This document shows positions 40,699 to 50,347 of a DNA stretch of 64,000 nt, in pieces. The notes under the pieces are model-generated. The model was not told the DNA's origin. It searched no databases and saw nothing but the letters and a program-made list of their open reading frames with translations. Origin of the DNA: Gammaproteobacteria bacterium (GTDB lineage: Bacteria > Pseudomonadota > Gammaproteobacteria > Steroidobacterales > Foliamicaceae); the NCBI GenBank assembly GCA_028821145.1, contig JAPPHC010000021.1, positions 366 to 64,365 of the forward strand, in the 5' to 3' direction. Positions within the stretch are counted from its first letter, which is position 1. Every line of letters starts with the position of its first letter. The translations under genes were made by a program, and so were the position numbers.

Positions 40699-41469
40699 AT
40701 GGCGGTTTGGGCGGTGGGGGACGTGCAGGGGTGTCTCGGGCCCCTGGACGAGTTGCTGGACCGGATCGGGTTCGAGCCGGGGCGCGACCGGCTGTGGTTC
40801 TGCGGCGACCTGGTCAATCGCGGGCCGGACTCGGCGGGCGTGCTGACGCGGGTCCGCGAACTGAAGGACGCGGTCGTCGTCGTGCTCGGCAACCACGACC
40901 TGCACTGGCTGGCGCAAAAGGTTCACGAGCAGGATGCCGAAGTGCGCGCGCATGCGGAATGGCTGCGCAAGCAGCCGCTGGCGCATTTCGACGCGGACCT
41001 GAATTGCCTGCTGGTGCATGCCGGGGTGTTGCCCGGCTGGGACCTGGAGCACGCGCTGGCGCGGGCCGCGGAGGTGGAGAGCGTGCTGCGGGACGCGCAC
41101 TATCGGGACTTCCTGGCCGACATGTACGGCAACGTGCCCAATTGCTGGCAGGACGAGCTTTCGGGAACCCGGCGCCTGCGGATGATCGTCAACGCCTTCA
41201 CGCGGATGCGGATGGTGGATGCGCAGGGCCGGCTGGATTTTTCGTACAAGGGGCCGCCCGGCAAACAGCCGCCCTATCTCGCTCCCTGGTTCGCGCGCGT
41301 GGGAAAACTGCCGACCGGCTGCAGGGTCGTGTTCGGGCACTGGTCGGCGCTGGGGTGCTTCGTTACCGATCGCCATATCGCGCTGGATTCGGGCTGCGTC
41401 TGGGGCGGATCGCTGGCCGCGGTCCGGCTGGACGGCCCACCCCGATGCGTCAGCGTGCCCGGTCTCTGA
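40699..41469 (+). CDS. apaH: Symmetrical Ap4A hydrolase
   Basis: GDVQGC, GDLVNRGPDS, LGNHDLH, FGHWSALG, LDSGCVWGG. Confidence 0.96.
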   Translation: MAVWAVGDVQGCLGPLDELLDRIGFEPGRDRLWFCGDLVNRGPDSAGVLTRVRELKDAVVVVLGNHDLHWLAQKVHEQDAEVRAHAEWLRKQPLAHFDADLNCLLVHAGVLPGWDLEHALARAAEVESVLRDAHYRDFLADMYGNVPNCWQDELSGTRRLRMIVNAFTRMRMVDAQGRLDFSYKGPPGKQPPYLAPWFARVGKLPTGCRVVFGHWSALGCFVTDRHIALDSGCVWGGSLAAVRLDGPPRCVSVPGL

Positions 41470-41481
41470 CGCTTCGATCCC

Positions 41482-41581
41482 GCCCTTCTTTTGCCCGCCT
41501 CCTCGTTGGAGACGCCATCCTGGCTCGATTCTCGCTGTCCCTGCTCCAACGCTCCCACGAGGAGGCGGGCAAAAGAAGGGC
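41482..41581 (-). repeat. Palindromic element copy 4 (type B core), between convergent apaH and ksgA
   Basis: 30-bp arms (1 mismatch) GCCCTTCTTTTGCCCGCCTCCTCGT(T/G)GGAG; minus-strand core nearly identical to copy 2; shares the flank GCTTCGATCCC with copy 1. Confidence 0.92.
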
Positions 41582-41589
41582 TTACGTAG

Positions 41590-42345
41590 CTAGTCGAGGT
41601 GTTCGGAGAGGCGGAGGTAGGCTTCTACGTCGATCTGCTCGGGGCGCTTGGTGGGGTCGATGCCGGCCGTGGTGATCTGCTCACGGTCGGCCAGGCCGCG
41701 CAGGGCGTTGGCGACGGTTTTGCGGCGCTGCGAGAAAGCCTGGCGCACGACGCGATCGAAGGTGTCGGGGCGGTGGATGCGGTAGCGTGAATCGGGCGTC
41801 AGCCTGACCACCATCGAATGCACCTTCGGGGGAGGCTCGAACGCAACCGGCGCAACCGAAAAGCACGGCTCGGCCCGGCAGCGGACCGCCGCCGTGACGG
41901 ACAGGCGGCCGTAGCGTCGGCTGCCCGGTGGCGCGCACAGCCGCTCGGCCACTTCGCGCTGCAGCATGACCGTCATGTCGCGGAACCCGGCCGCGCTCTC
42001 AAGCAGGCGGAACAGCAGGGGCGTGCTCAGGTAATAGGGCAGATTGCCGATCAGGCGCAGGTCCGGGATCTTGAGCGCCGCGTAATCGAACTCGAGTGCG
42101 TCCGCCAGGTGCACGCTCAGACGCTCGTGGGGAAAACTCGCGCGCAGTCCCTGCGCCAGCGCCGGATCGATCTCCACCGCGTGAACGATCGCCCCCCTTG
42201 ACAGCAAAGGACCGGTCAGCGCGCCGCGGCCCGGACCGATCTCGACGAAATGTTCGCCGGCGCCGGGCGCCGTCGTCGTGACGATTTGCTGAATTACCGA
42301 GGCGTCGGTGAGAAAGTGCTGCCCCAGCCGGGGACGCCGCTTCAT
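41590..42345 (-). CDS. ksgA: 16S rRNA dimethyltransferase KsgA (RsmA)
   Basis: LGQHFL, EIGPGRG, GNLPYY, PPPKVHS. Confidence 0.96.
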   Translation of the reverse strand: MKRRPRLGQHFLTDASVIQQIVTTTAPGAGEHFVEIGPGRGALTGPLLSRGAIVHAVEIDPALAQGLRASFPHERLSVHLADALEFDYAALKIPDLRLIGNLPYYLSTPLLFRLLESAAGFRDMTVMLQREVAERLCAPPGSRRYGRLSVTAAVRCRAEPCFSVAPVAFEPPPKVHSMVVRLTPDSRYRIHRPDTFDRVVRQAFSQRRKTVANALRGLADREQITTAGIDPTKRPEQIDVEAYLRLSEHLD

Positions 42346-43340
42346 TGTTCCGGATGACCCGACCTGCGCCGCACCATGCGCGCGGCCGCCGCCACGGCCT
42401 GGACCAGGCTGCCTTCGTCGGCCTTCCCGGTGCCCGCGAGATCGAAAGCGGTGCCGTGGTCCACGGAGGTGCGGACGAACGGCAGGCCCAGCGTTACGTT
42501 CACCGCCTGGCCGAAGCCCGCGTGCTTGATGACCGGCAGGCCCTGGTCGTGGTACATCGCCAGCACTGCGTCCTGCCCGGCGAGATTGCCCCGCGTAAAG
42601 GCCGTGTCGGCCGGCCAGGGTCCGGTCACGCCCGGATCGCCGAATTCGGCAATCGCTCTCGCCACGACATCGCGATCCTCGGCGCCCAGTTCGCCATCCT
42701 CGCCGGCATGCGGATTGAGTCCGAGAACCGCCACCCGCGGTCTGCCTATTCCAAAATCGCGCTTCAGTCCCCGCACCAGCACGTCGAGAACGGCGCCCAG
42801 GCGCTCGCGGGTAACGGCCCCGGGCACTGCGCTCAACGGAATATGCGTCGTGGCCAGAGCCACCCTCAGCGGCGTGCGCCCGGGCCCCGTCTCGCCGGCC
42901 AGCAGCATGACCGGCATGGGCGCGCCGCTGAGCCGCGCCAGGTATTCCGTATGTCCCATGAAATCCAGGCCGGCCTTGCGCATGACCGCCTTGTTGACCG
43001 GTCCTGTCACGAGCGCATCGAACTCCCCGCTCAGGCACCCCTTCACGCCCCGCTCTATCGCCGCCAGCACGGCGGGTGCGTTGCGGGCGTCCGCCCGGCC
43101 CGCCCGGCACGGATGAGCGAGCGGCAGGGATGCGATGCTCAAGCCGGGTGCGCGGTCGCGGGACTCGTACGAACCGGCCGGAAAGTCGCGTTCCAGCAAT
43201 TCCGCGCGTTCGCGCAGCACGCGCGGGTCGGCGAGCAACACGATATCGAAGCAGCTCAGTTCACGGGCCGCCTTGATTACGATGTCCGGCCCGATTCCGG
43301 CCGGTTCGCCCACGCTGACCGCCAGTCTAGGGCCGCGCAT
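42342..43340 (-). CDS. pdxA: 4-hydroxythreonine-4-phosphate dehydrogenase
   Basis: GEPAGIGP, GHTE, GLNPHAGE, AMYHDQG, RTSVDHGTA. Confidence 0.96.
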   Translation of the reverse strand: MRGPRLAVSVGEPAGIGPDIVIKAARELSCFDIVLLADPRVLRERAELLERDFPAGSYESRDRAPGLSIASLPLAHPCRAGRADARNAPAVLAAIERGVKGCLSGEFDALVTGPVNKAVMRKAGLDFMGHTEYLARLSGAPMPVMLLAGETGPGRTPLRVALATTHIPLSAVPGAVTRERLGAVLDVLVRGLKRDFGIGRPRVAVLGLNPHAGEDGELGAEDRDVVARAIAEFGDPGVTGPWPADTAFTRGNLAGQDAVLAMYHDQGLPVIKHAGFGQAVNVTLGLPFVRTSVDHGTAFDLAGTGKADEGSLVQAVAAAARMVRRRSGHPEQ

Positions 43341-43358
43341 TGTGTTTGCAGGCCCTCG

Positions 43359-44786
43359 CTACTTCTTGTATTCCACGAAAGCCTCGGCCCGCAGCCGTTG
43401 CAGCCAAAGCTGGGTTTCCTCCTGCACCTTGCGCTCCCGCAAGGCCAGCGCGGCGCGCTGCCGGCGCACGTCCTCGCTCACGTCCTGCATGCGGGTTCCG
43501 GAACGTTGCGCAATATGCCATCCGAAGGAGCTGCGTATGGGTTCGCTGATCTCGTCGCCCTCAAGCTCCGCCACGCCGGCGGCGAATGCGGGATCGAGGT
43601 CCTCGGGAGACACCCATCCCAGCATGCCGCCCTCGGCGGCGGAACCGGGGTCGGCCGAGTAAGCTCGGGCCAGGGCGCCGAAGCTCTCACCGGCCAGGAT
43701 CTGCTCTCGAATTTCGGCAATCTCGTCTCGGGTCGCTCCGTCGTCGCGTATCTCGTTCGGCTGAAGCAGTATGTGCCTGAGTTCCCACTGCTCCTGAATA
43801 ATGGGGTCCCCGCCGCGTGTTTCGTCCAGGCGCACCACGTTCACTCCGCTGCCCGTCGTGATCAGCTCGGCCACGTCGCCGGGCTTGAGCTGAATGACAT
43901 GCGCGACGAATGCGGTGGGCAGCGCATTGCGTTTGCGCCAGCCCAGGCTGCCGCCCTGCAGCGCGTTCTGCGCCTCCGAATAGGCGATTGCCAGTTCGGC
44001 GAAGCTCTCCCCTTCCAGCACGCGCTGACGCAACCTCTCCGCACGCTCGCGGGCCGCTTCGCGCTGACCCGCGGTGGCGTTCAGCGGCGTGCCGATCAGA
44101 ATGTGCGACACCAGGTACTCCCGGTTGGCCTCCTCCCCGGCCTCGGCGCCGCGCAGGAAATCGTCCACTTCCCTGGGGTTGAGGAATACCCGGACGTCGC
44201 GCTGCCGGAGCGTGTCCAGTTCGATCTGCGCCCTCAGTTCCTCGCGGTAGCGGGCGTACTCGATGCCCTGCTCGGCCAGCACGTCCGGAAGATCGCTCAG
44301 TTCGACCCCGTTCTGCTGGGCCACGAAGCCGAGCGCCCGGTTGACCTGCTCGTCGGAAATCTCGATGCCGAGACGCGTGGCGCGCTGCAGTTGTATTTCC
44401 CGCAGGACCAGCCGCTCCAGCACTTGCGATTCGAGCACTGCCGAAGGCGGTGACCTGAGGCCTTGGGCGCGAATGTTGGCACGTACGCCGGCAAGTTCCC
44501 GGTCCAGTTCGCTGGTCAGGACAACGCCGTCATTGACGACAGCGGCGATGCCGTCCAGAAACTCGCCATCATCGCTGAGCTGCGCCCCCACCGGCCCCGC
44601 AACCACCACCAGACACACCAGCACCAGCGCTCCGCGCCACACGCGCGGGTGAGCCTTTTCTTTCCCCCGGTCCTTCCGGGAGTGTTGGAGGCAGGGATGC
44701 CGGAACCAAGCTCCATGGATGGATTCATGCGTCTCCCGGAAGGGCCGGGGGAAAGAAAAGGCGTTGCCGGCAGATGCGTGAATCAC
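43359..44786 (-). CDS. surA: Chaperone SurA (start uncertain: GTG 44786 or GTG 44642)
   Basis: DGIAAVVND, two parvulin domains (SHILI, RHILL, GG-LGW, S-FGWH); position between lptD and pdxA. Confidence 0.93.
   Translation of the reverse strand: MIHASAGNAFSFPRPFRETHESIHGAWFRHPCLQHSRKDRGKEKAHPRVWRGALVLVCLVVVAGPVGAQLSDDGEFLDGIAAVVNDGVVLTSELDRELAGVRANIRAQGLRSPPSAVLESQVLERLVLREIQLQRATRLGIEISDEQVNRALGFVAQQNGVELSDLPDVLAEQGIEYARYREELRAQIELDTLRQRDVRVFLNPREVDDFLRGAEAGEEANREYLVSHILIGTPLNATAGQREAARERAERLRQRVLEGESFAELAIAYSEAQNALQGGSLGWRKRNALPTAFVAHVIQLKPGDVAELITTGSGVNVVRLDETRGGDPIIQEQWELRHILLQPNEIRDDGATRDEIAEIREQILAGESFGALARAYSADPGSAAEGGMLGWVSPEDLDPAFAAGVAELEGDEISEPIRSSFGWHIAQRSGTRMQDVSEDVRRQRAALALRERKVQEETQLWLQRLRAEAFVEYKK
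44653..44762 (+). repeat. Palindromic element copy 5 (type A core), at the surA 5' end
   Basis: 30-bp arms GCCTTTTCTTTCCCCCGG(T/C)CCTTCCGGGAG; core TGTTGGAGGCAGGGATGCCGGAACCAAGCTCCATGGATGGATTCATGCGT. Confidence 0.92.
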
Positions 44787-44806
44787 GGCGGTTTTGGGGG
44801 CTGCTA

Positions 44807-46981
44807 CTAGCGGCTGGGGTAGCCGAGCATACCACGCTCGATCATCGCCCGAGCGTCGCCGCCAAGGCTCGTCAGACCCTTCAGAGTGACCTGCAGATAG
44901 ACCGACGCGCCGCCCAGCGTGGCGTCGCGCTCGACATGCCTGCGCCACAGCAGCGCAACGCTGATGCAGCAGGATTCGTACTCGAATCCGAGGTAGCGTT
45001 CCAGCTCCACATCCTCGGCAAACGAATAGTTGTAGCGGCCCACCGCGGTCCACCGGTCATTGACGGCCCACCGGAACGCCAGGTCCAGGTTTTCGGTCCG
45101 GGCCCAGCGGCTTCGGTAGGCCAGGCGCACGGTCCGGCGCGGGTCCTTTCTGTAGAGCACGGCGATTTCGGACCGGCTGGCGTTGTCGATTTCGGCGTCC
45201 CACAGGTAGCGCATGTCCACCTGCCAGTCCTTGCCCAGGCCGTAGGCGAACTCGGCGATGTAATCCGAGGCCGCGTCCTCGTGGGAACTCAGCCCCTCGA
45301 GGCTCACCTTGCGTCCGCGGAAGTTGTAGCGCTGCCCCAGCGTGAAGCGCAACAGTTCCTTGCCGTCGGCGCCGCGCTGCAGCACGCCCTGGACGCCCGC
45401 GCTCAGGTGCACCGAGTCGCCGACCCGGTCGAACCCCAGGTAGCGGTTGGGACGGAATAGCTGAACGTAGTTGAAGTCCGGAATGATCGTGTCGAAAACC
45501 GGGAAATAGTCCTGGTTCACCGTGGGAATGATGCTCAGCATGGCTCGCGGGCGCAGCGTCACGTCCAGCGCCTGCGACCCGAAACGCCGCCAGAGGCCGG
45601 CGCTGGCGTCCACGGTCGCGATCGGCAGCAACCGGTAGTAGGTGTCGGCATCATTACGGAACGGCTCTTTCACGTGGTAGCCGGTCACCATCAGGGAAAG
45701 GGACGGATTCACCTCGACCGGACCCGCGCGGTAGCGGGCCGTCAGTTCCGGTTCGAAATGGACCCGGGCGCCCGAAGTCCTTTGCGAATGCTCGAACCAG
45801 CCCGTTTCCATCCACAGGCGCCCGTCCACCCGGGGCAGCAATTCCGGCCACCGGCCATGCAATCGAATCTCCGGCAGCCGCACATGCGGGCGGAACAGCC
45901 GCTCCACGTCCGGATGCACGACCTGGTGTCCGGTCACCCGGAACACGACATCCATGCGCTCGCCGCTGTAGGTGGCCGCCAGTTCCCGGCGCAGGTGAGT
46001 CTGGGCCTGTTCCCAGAAACCCCGCCCGATGTCCTCGATATAGAGATCGTCGGACACCCAGCGGCCATCGGCAAGCAGGCTCCACCGGTCCGACAGGGTC
46101 GTCTGCATCTCCAGGTTGACGTCGTAGCGCGAGCGGTTGCGCAGCTTGTCCTGGGGCAGGTAGCCGAGTTCGATTCGGCCCGACGAATTGCGCGTGATGT
46201 AGCGGTACTCGGCGCCGGCAAAAAAGCCCAGGCGCGACAGGTAGCGCGGCGTGAAGGTGGCGTCCATGTTGGGCGCGATGTTCCAGTACCATGGGGCCTC
46301 AAGTTCCAGCCCGCGGCGGCTGGAACTGCCGATCTCCGGCACCAGGAACCCCGACTTGCGAACGCCGCGGGCCGAAAAGGACAGCGACGGCAGGTACAGG
46401 ATCGGCACGTCCAGCAGTTCCAGGCGGATCCTCCGCGCCCGGCCGAACCCGCTCTCCTGCTCCACCTCTATCGAACCGGCGCGCAGTTCCCAATGGTTGC
46501 GGCCGGGCAGGCAACTGGTGTAGACGACTTCCTCCATGCGCACCAGGTCCTGCTGCGCGTCCAGGACGATTTCCTCGGCGCTGCCCCGCGCCAGGCTGTC
46601 CCGCAGCGCGTATTCCGCCGAGCCGAACCGGAGCCGGTCCTGGTTCAGGTCGAGCGTGGCATCCGTGGCCCGCACCCGGACCGAGTCCCCCGAATAGGCC
46701 ACGTCGCCGCCAAACTCCACCCGGTTGCTGTCCTGCAACAGGCTGGCGTTGCGCACGTCCAGCCTGTTGTTGCCCAGGCAGAAGGACACGTCGCCCAGGA
46801 AATCCACACGCTCGCCGACGCTCCAGCGTATGCCGTCCTGCGCGGTAAGGCCGATCGTGGTGTCCGATCGCTGCGCGGCAATCTGGCAGGCCAGGCCGGC
46901 GCCGGGACTCTCCTCCCACAGGCCGGCCTGGGCCGGCGCAATGCATGCCGCGGCCAACGGGGCGAGCAATGAAACGGGCAT
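44807..46981 (-). CDS. lptD: LPS assembly protein LptD
   Basis: YTSC-P, RKSGFLVP, PWYWNIAPNMDAT, NRYLGFDRVGD, EYESCC, LKGL. Confidence 0.95.
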   Translation of the reverse strand: MPVSLLAPLAAACIAPAQAGLWEESPGAGLACQIAAQRSDTTIGLTAQDGIRWSVGERVDFLGDVSFCLGNNRLDVRNASLLQDSNRVEFGGDVAYSGDSVRVRATDATLDLNQDRLRFGSAEYALRDSLARGSAEEIVLDAQQDLVRMEEVVYTSCLPGRNHWELRAGSIEVEQESGFGRARRIRLELLDVPILYLPSLSFSARGVRKSGFLVPEIGSSSRRGLELEAPWYWNIAPNMDATFTPRYLSRLGFFAGAEYRYITRNSSGRIELGYLPQDKLRNRSRYDVNLEMQTTLSDRWSLLADGRWVSDDLYIEDIGRGFWEQAQTHLRRELAATYSGERMDVVFRVTGHQVVHPDVERLFRPHVRLPEIRLHGRWPELLPRVDGRLWMETGWFEHSQRTSGARVHFEPELTARYRAGPVEVNPSLSLMVTGYHVKEPFRNDADTYYRLLPIATVDASAGLWRRFGSQALDVTLRPRAMLSIIPTVNQDYFPVFDTIIPDFNYVQLFRPNRYLGFDRVGDSVHLSAGVQGVLQRGADGKELLRFTLGQRYNFRGRKVSLEGLSSHEDAASDYIAEFAYGLGKDWQVDMRYLWDAEIDNASRSEIAVLYRKDPRRTVRLAYRSRWARTENLDLAFRWAVNDRWTAVGRYNYSFAEDVELERYLGFEYESCCISVALLWRRHVERDATLGGASVYLQVTLKGLTSLGGDARAMIERGMLGYPSR

Positions 46982-47125
46982 GTGCGAGGTCCCGGAGCGT
47001 TACGCGGGCAGCGCCCCGGCGGCGCGGGTATGCGGATTTGCTTTCATGGGCTGATCCTCACTTTACCCAAAAGCCCGCCCCGTGTGTGTCGGGCGCCGCA
47101 TGCGAAAATCGCCACCCGGGACACC

Positions 47126-47818
47126 ATGACGAGAGCGCGAAACGAGTTCCGGCCCACGAGGGCGATGATATTGGCGGCCGGCCGCGGCGCACGCCTGCGG
47201 CCGCTCAGCGACCGCTTGCCCAAGGCGCTGATGGAGGTTGAAGGGAAGCCGCTGATCGAACATCTGCTGGCGGCCCTGGCGGCGGCGGGGGTGCGGGAGG
47301 CCGTGGTCAATCTTTCCTGGCTCGGAGGGATAATCCGCGCCAGACTCGGCGACGGTTCCCGCCATGGCCTCGGAATTCGCTACAGCGAAGAAGGCGATTC
47401 GGCGCTGGACACCGGAGGCGGCATAAGACGGGCCTTGCCTTTGCTGGGAGAGGAGCCCTTCTGGGTGGTCAACGCGGACATCCGCACGTCTTTTCCGTTT
47501 TCGGTGGGCAATCGCCGGTCGCGCGATCTGGCCTGGCTGATGCTGGTGCCCAACCCGGCGCACAATCCTGAAGGCGATTTCCGCCTGCGGAAGGAGCGGG
47601 TCGGAAAAGACGGGCCACGCTACACCTTCGGCGGCGTAAGCATTCTGTCCCCCGAACTGTTCCGGGACGCCACGGAGGAAAGATTCGGTCTGGCCCCGCT
47701 GTTGCGCGCGGCCGCCGATGAAGGGCGTGTTTCGGGTGCGCTGTACGAAGGCTACTGGGCGGACGCCGGCACCGTCGAGCGACTGGAAGCCGTCCGGCGC
47801 CGCCCGCTCGAAGCGTAG
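47126..47818 (+). CDS. murU: MurNAc-alpha-1-phosphate uridylyltransferase
   Basis: AMILAAGRGARLRPL..PK, LDTGGGI, VNAD, NPAHNPEGDF, WADAGT; divergent from lptD. Confidence 0.85.
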   Translation: MTRARNEFRPTRAMILAAGRGARLRPLSDRLPKALMEVEGKPLIEHLLAALAAAGVREAVVNLSWLGGIIRARLGDGSRHGLGIRYSEEGDSALDTGGGIRRALPLLGEEPFWVVNADIRTSFPFSVGNRRSRDLAWLMLVPNPAHNPEGDFRLRKERVGKDGPRYTFGGVSILSPELFRDATEERFGLAPLLRAAADEGRVSGALYEGYWADAGTVERLEAVRRRPLEA

Positions 47819-48438
47819 AGGCGGGACAGCAGACGGGGCTGCAATTCGACCGCTGCGGCCGGGAGGCTGTCCGGGCCGCCAAGGCTCGCGAAATTGACCG
47901 CGTCGAGGCCCTCGAAGCCGCAGGGATTGATCCGCGAGAACGGACCCAGATCGGCGCAGACGTTCAGCGCCATGCCGTGATACGAGCACCCGCGCCGTAT
48001 GCGCAGGCCGATGGCGGCCAGCTTGGCGCCCGCCACGTATACGCCGGGCGCCCGGGGGCGGCGCGATGCCTCGATCCCGTAAGCCGCGGCGCAATCGATC
48101 ACCGAGTCTTCCAGGGCGCAGACCAGGGTCCGGGGCCCCAGCCCGGCGCGGCGCAGGGACACCAGCGGGTAAACCATCAACTGCCCGGGGCCGTGATAGG
48201 TGACCTGGCCGCCGCGATCGGACTGTTCCACGGGAATATCCCCGGGATCGAGGACATGGGAAGGTTCGGTCTTGACGCCCAGGGTGAAGACCGGCGGATG
48301 TTCGCAGAACCAGATCTCGTCGTGCGTGCAATCGCCGCGGTCGGCGGTAAACCGTTGCATGCGTTCGACGGCTTCCCTCCAGGGCAGGCGCCCCAGCCAC
48401 CTTATGCGTGCGGAATCGGCGCCGCCTACTCGAACCAC
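47752..48438 (-). CDS. lipB: Octanoyltransferase LipB
   Basis: EHPPVFTLG, RGGQVTYHGPGQ, KLAAIG, HGMALN, INPCG; GTG start inferred. Confidence 0.93.
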   Translation of the reverse strand: MVRVGGADSARIRWLGRLPWREAVERMQRFTADRGDCTHDEIWFCEHPPVFTLGVKTEPSHVLDPGDIPVEQSDRGGQVTYHGPGQLMVYPLVSLRRAGLGPRTLVCALEDSVIDCAAAYGIEASRRPRAPGVYVAGAKLAAIGLRIRRGCSYHGMALNVCADLGPFSRINPCGFEGLDAVNFASLGGPDSLPAAAVELQPRLLSRLYASSGRRRTASSRSTVPASAQ

Positions 48439-49595
48439 AGCAGGACGGAGTCCCGGGTGCGCTGCCACAAGCCTCCGGACGGCACGGCGCGTTCCGGCAC
48501 CAGCGGCAGTTCCGCCAGCGTCTCGCCGTCGCGGACAAGAGCGACCCTGCCGACCGGCTGACCGGGCTCAAGCGGCGCAATCAGGGGCTCGTTCACCGTC
48601 ACCCTGGTCTCCATCCCATCGCTTGCTCGCTTGGGCAGCGTCATGACCACATCGTCCTCCACGGTCAGGCGGACGACGGTCTCCTCCCCCTTCCATACGC
48701 GCGCCGAGCCGAAATCGGCGCCGGCTTCGAGCACCTTGCGGGTCTCGAAGTAGCGAAATCCGTAGCTCAGCAGCCGCAACGCGTCCTGGGCGCGTTGCGA
48801 TTCGCTGGCCGCGCCCATGACGACGGCGATCAGGCGCATGCCGTCGCGCACAGACGAGGCCACCAGGCAGTATCCGGCCGACTCGGTATGCCCGGTCTTT
48901 ACGCCGTCCACCGTCGCGTCGCGGGCAAGCAGCGTGTTGCGGTTCGGTTGCCGGATGTCGTTCCAGGTGAACTCGCGCAGGGCATGCATGCCGTACAGCG
49001 TCGGGTAGTCCCGGACCATGGCCTGCGTGAGAATGGCGGTGTCCAGCGCGGTCGTGTAATGGTTTTCGCCGGGCCAGCCGGTGGAGTTCTCGAAGTTCGT
49101 GCCGGTCATCCCCAGGCGCTGGGCGATCGAGTTCATCAGGACCGCGAAGTCCTCCTCGGCGCCGGCCAGGTGCTCGGCCAGGGCAACGCTGGCGTCGTTG
49201 CCCGACTGGACGATCATTCCGAGCAGCAGGTTCTCCACGCTGACCCGGCTGTTGAGGTCCAGGAAAGTCCTCGATCCCTGCATGCGCCAGGCCTTTTCGC
49301 TGATGACCGCCTCTTCGTCCATCGAGGTTTCGCCCGCGGCCAGCGCTTCGAACACGGCGTAGGCGCTCATGATCTTGGTGATGCTGGCGGGCTCGACCCT
49401 CAGCTCCGGTTCAAGCGAGGCCAGAATCGTCGCGGTTTCCTGCTCCATCAGAACGAACGACGAAACGTTCAGGGCAGGCGGGCCCGGCAGTCCGGCGACC
49501 GGCTGCGGCGACTGGGCGGCGGCCGAACCCGCCGCAAGGGCGGCCGCGAGCAGAATGGCGAGTGCGCCGTTCGTTCTCATTGAATTCCTGGTCAT
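48426..49595 (-). CDS. dacA: D-alanyl-D-alanine carboxypeptidase (PBP5/6)
   Basis: PASITK, SGNDA, KTGHT. Confidence 0.93.
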   Translation of the reverse strand: MTRNSMRTNGALAILLAAALAAGSAAAQSPQPVAGLPGPPALNVSSFVLMEQETATILASLEPELRVEPASITKIMSAYAVFEALAAGETSMDEEAVISEKAWRMQGSRTFLDLNSRVSVENLLLGMIVQSGNDASVALAEHLAGAEEDFAVLMNSIAQRLGMTGTNFENSTGWPGENHYTTALDTAILTQAMVRDYPTLYGMHALREFTWNDIRQPNRNTLLARDATVDGVKTGHTESAGYCLVASSVRDGMRLIAVVMGAASESQRAQDALRLLSYGFRYFETRKVLEAGADFGSARVWKGEETVVRLTVEDDVVMTLPKRASDGMETRVTVNEPLIAPLEPGQPVGRVALVRDGETLAELPLVPERAVPSGGLWQRTRDSVLLWFE

Positions 49596-49609
49596 GTGTT
49601 TTTCCCGAT

Positions 49610-50347
49610 TCAGCCGGGCGGCGCAACGCCCTGCACCCTGACGGTCCTCGAAATGCCGATGTTCGCCAACTGGCGCCTGAGCCTGGCAGTGTGCCTGCCA
49701 TCGTCGAGCGGACCCACCCATACGGCATACACGCCATTTCCCTTACGGCGCAAATACACTCCGGATATGCCGGCCTCCTGAATCCGGTAGTAGAGCTTGG
49801 CCGCGTTCTCGCGATACGCGAAAGCGCCGGTCTGCAAATAGGCGTAGCCGCCCCCCGCGGACGACGGCTCCGGCGAACCGCCCGCCTCCAGCGCCTCGAC
49901 GCGGACTCTGGCCGTCCCGCGCCGATATACGCCCAGTTCCCTCGCGGCGCTGTACGACAGATCGATCACCCGGTCGTCCACGAACGGGCCACGGTCGTTC
50001 ACGCGCAACTCGGCGCTGCGTCCGTTTTCGAGATTGGTCACCCGAACGCGTGTCGGAAGGGGCAGCGTCTTGTGCGCGGCGGTCATCGCGTACATGTTGT
50101 AGGGCTCGCCGAGCGCGGTGGGCCTGCCGTGAAAGTCCTCGCCGTACCAGGACGCGATCCCGGTTTCCACGAATCCTTCGGCCGAGATCAGCGGGCAATA
50201 GGTCTTGCCGAACTGGGTGTAGCAATCCTGTCCGGGCCGGCCGCCGGACGAACCGCCCCAGGGCCCGCCGACCATGCCGATGATTGCCGAACACCCCGCT
50301 GCAAGAGTCATGCAGCCCGCAAGGAGCAGCAACCGGAAGGGTTTCAT
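49610..50347 (-). CDS. rlpA: Septal lytic transglycosylase RlpA
   Basis: Lipobox, GIASWYG, TAAHKTLP, RVNDRGPF, IDLS, C-terminal SPOR domain. Confidence 0.95.
   Translation of the reverse strand: MKPFRLLLLAGCMTLAAGCSAIIGMVGGPWGGSSGGRPGQDCYTQFGKTYCPLISAEGFVETGIASWYGEDFHGRPTALGEPYNMYAMTAAHKTLPLPTRVRVTNLENGRSAELRVNDRGPFVDDRVIDLSYSAARELGVYRRGTARVRVEALEAGGSPEPSSAGGGYAYLQTGAFAYRENAAKLYYRIQEAGISGVYLRRKGNGVYAVWVGPLDDGRHTARLRRQLANIGISRTVRVQGVAPPG

Noticed and set aside
41590-42345. rsmA as the CsrA/RsmA RNA-binding partner of the GGA elements
   Set aside because: Name coincidence: this gene is the KsgA rRNA methyltransferase.
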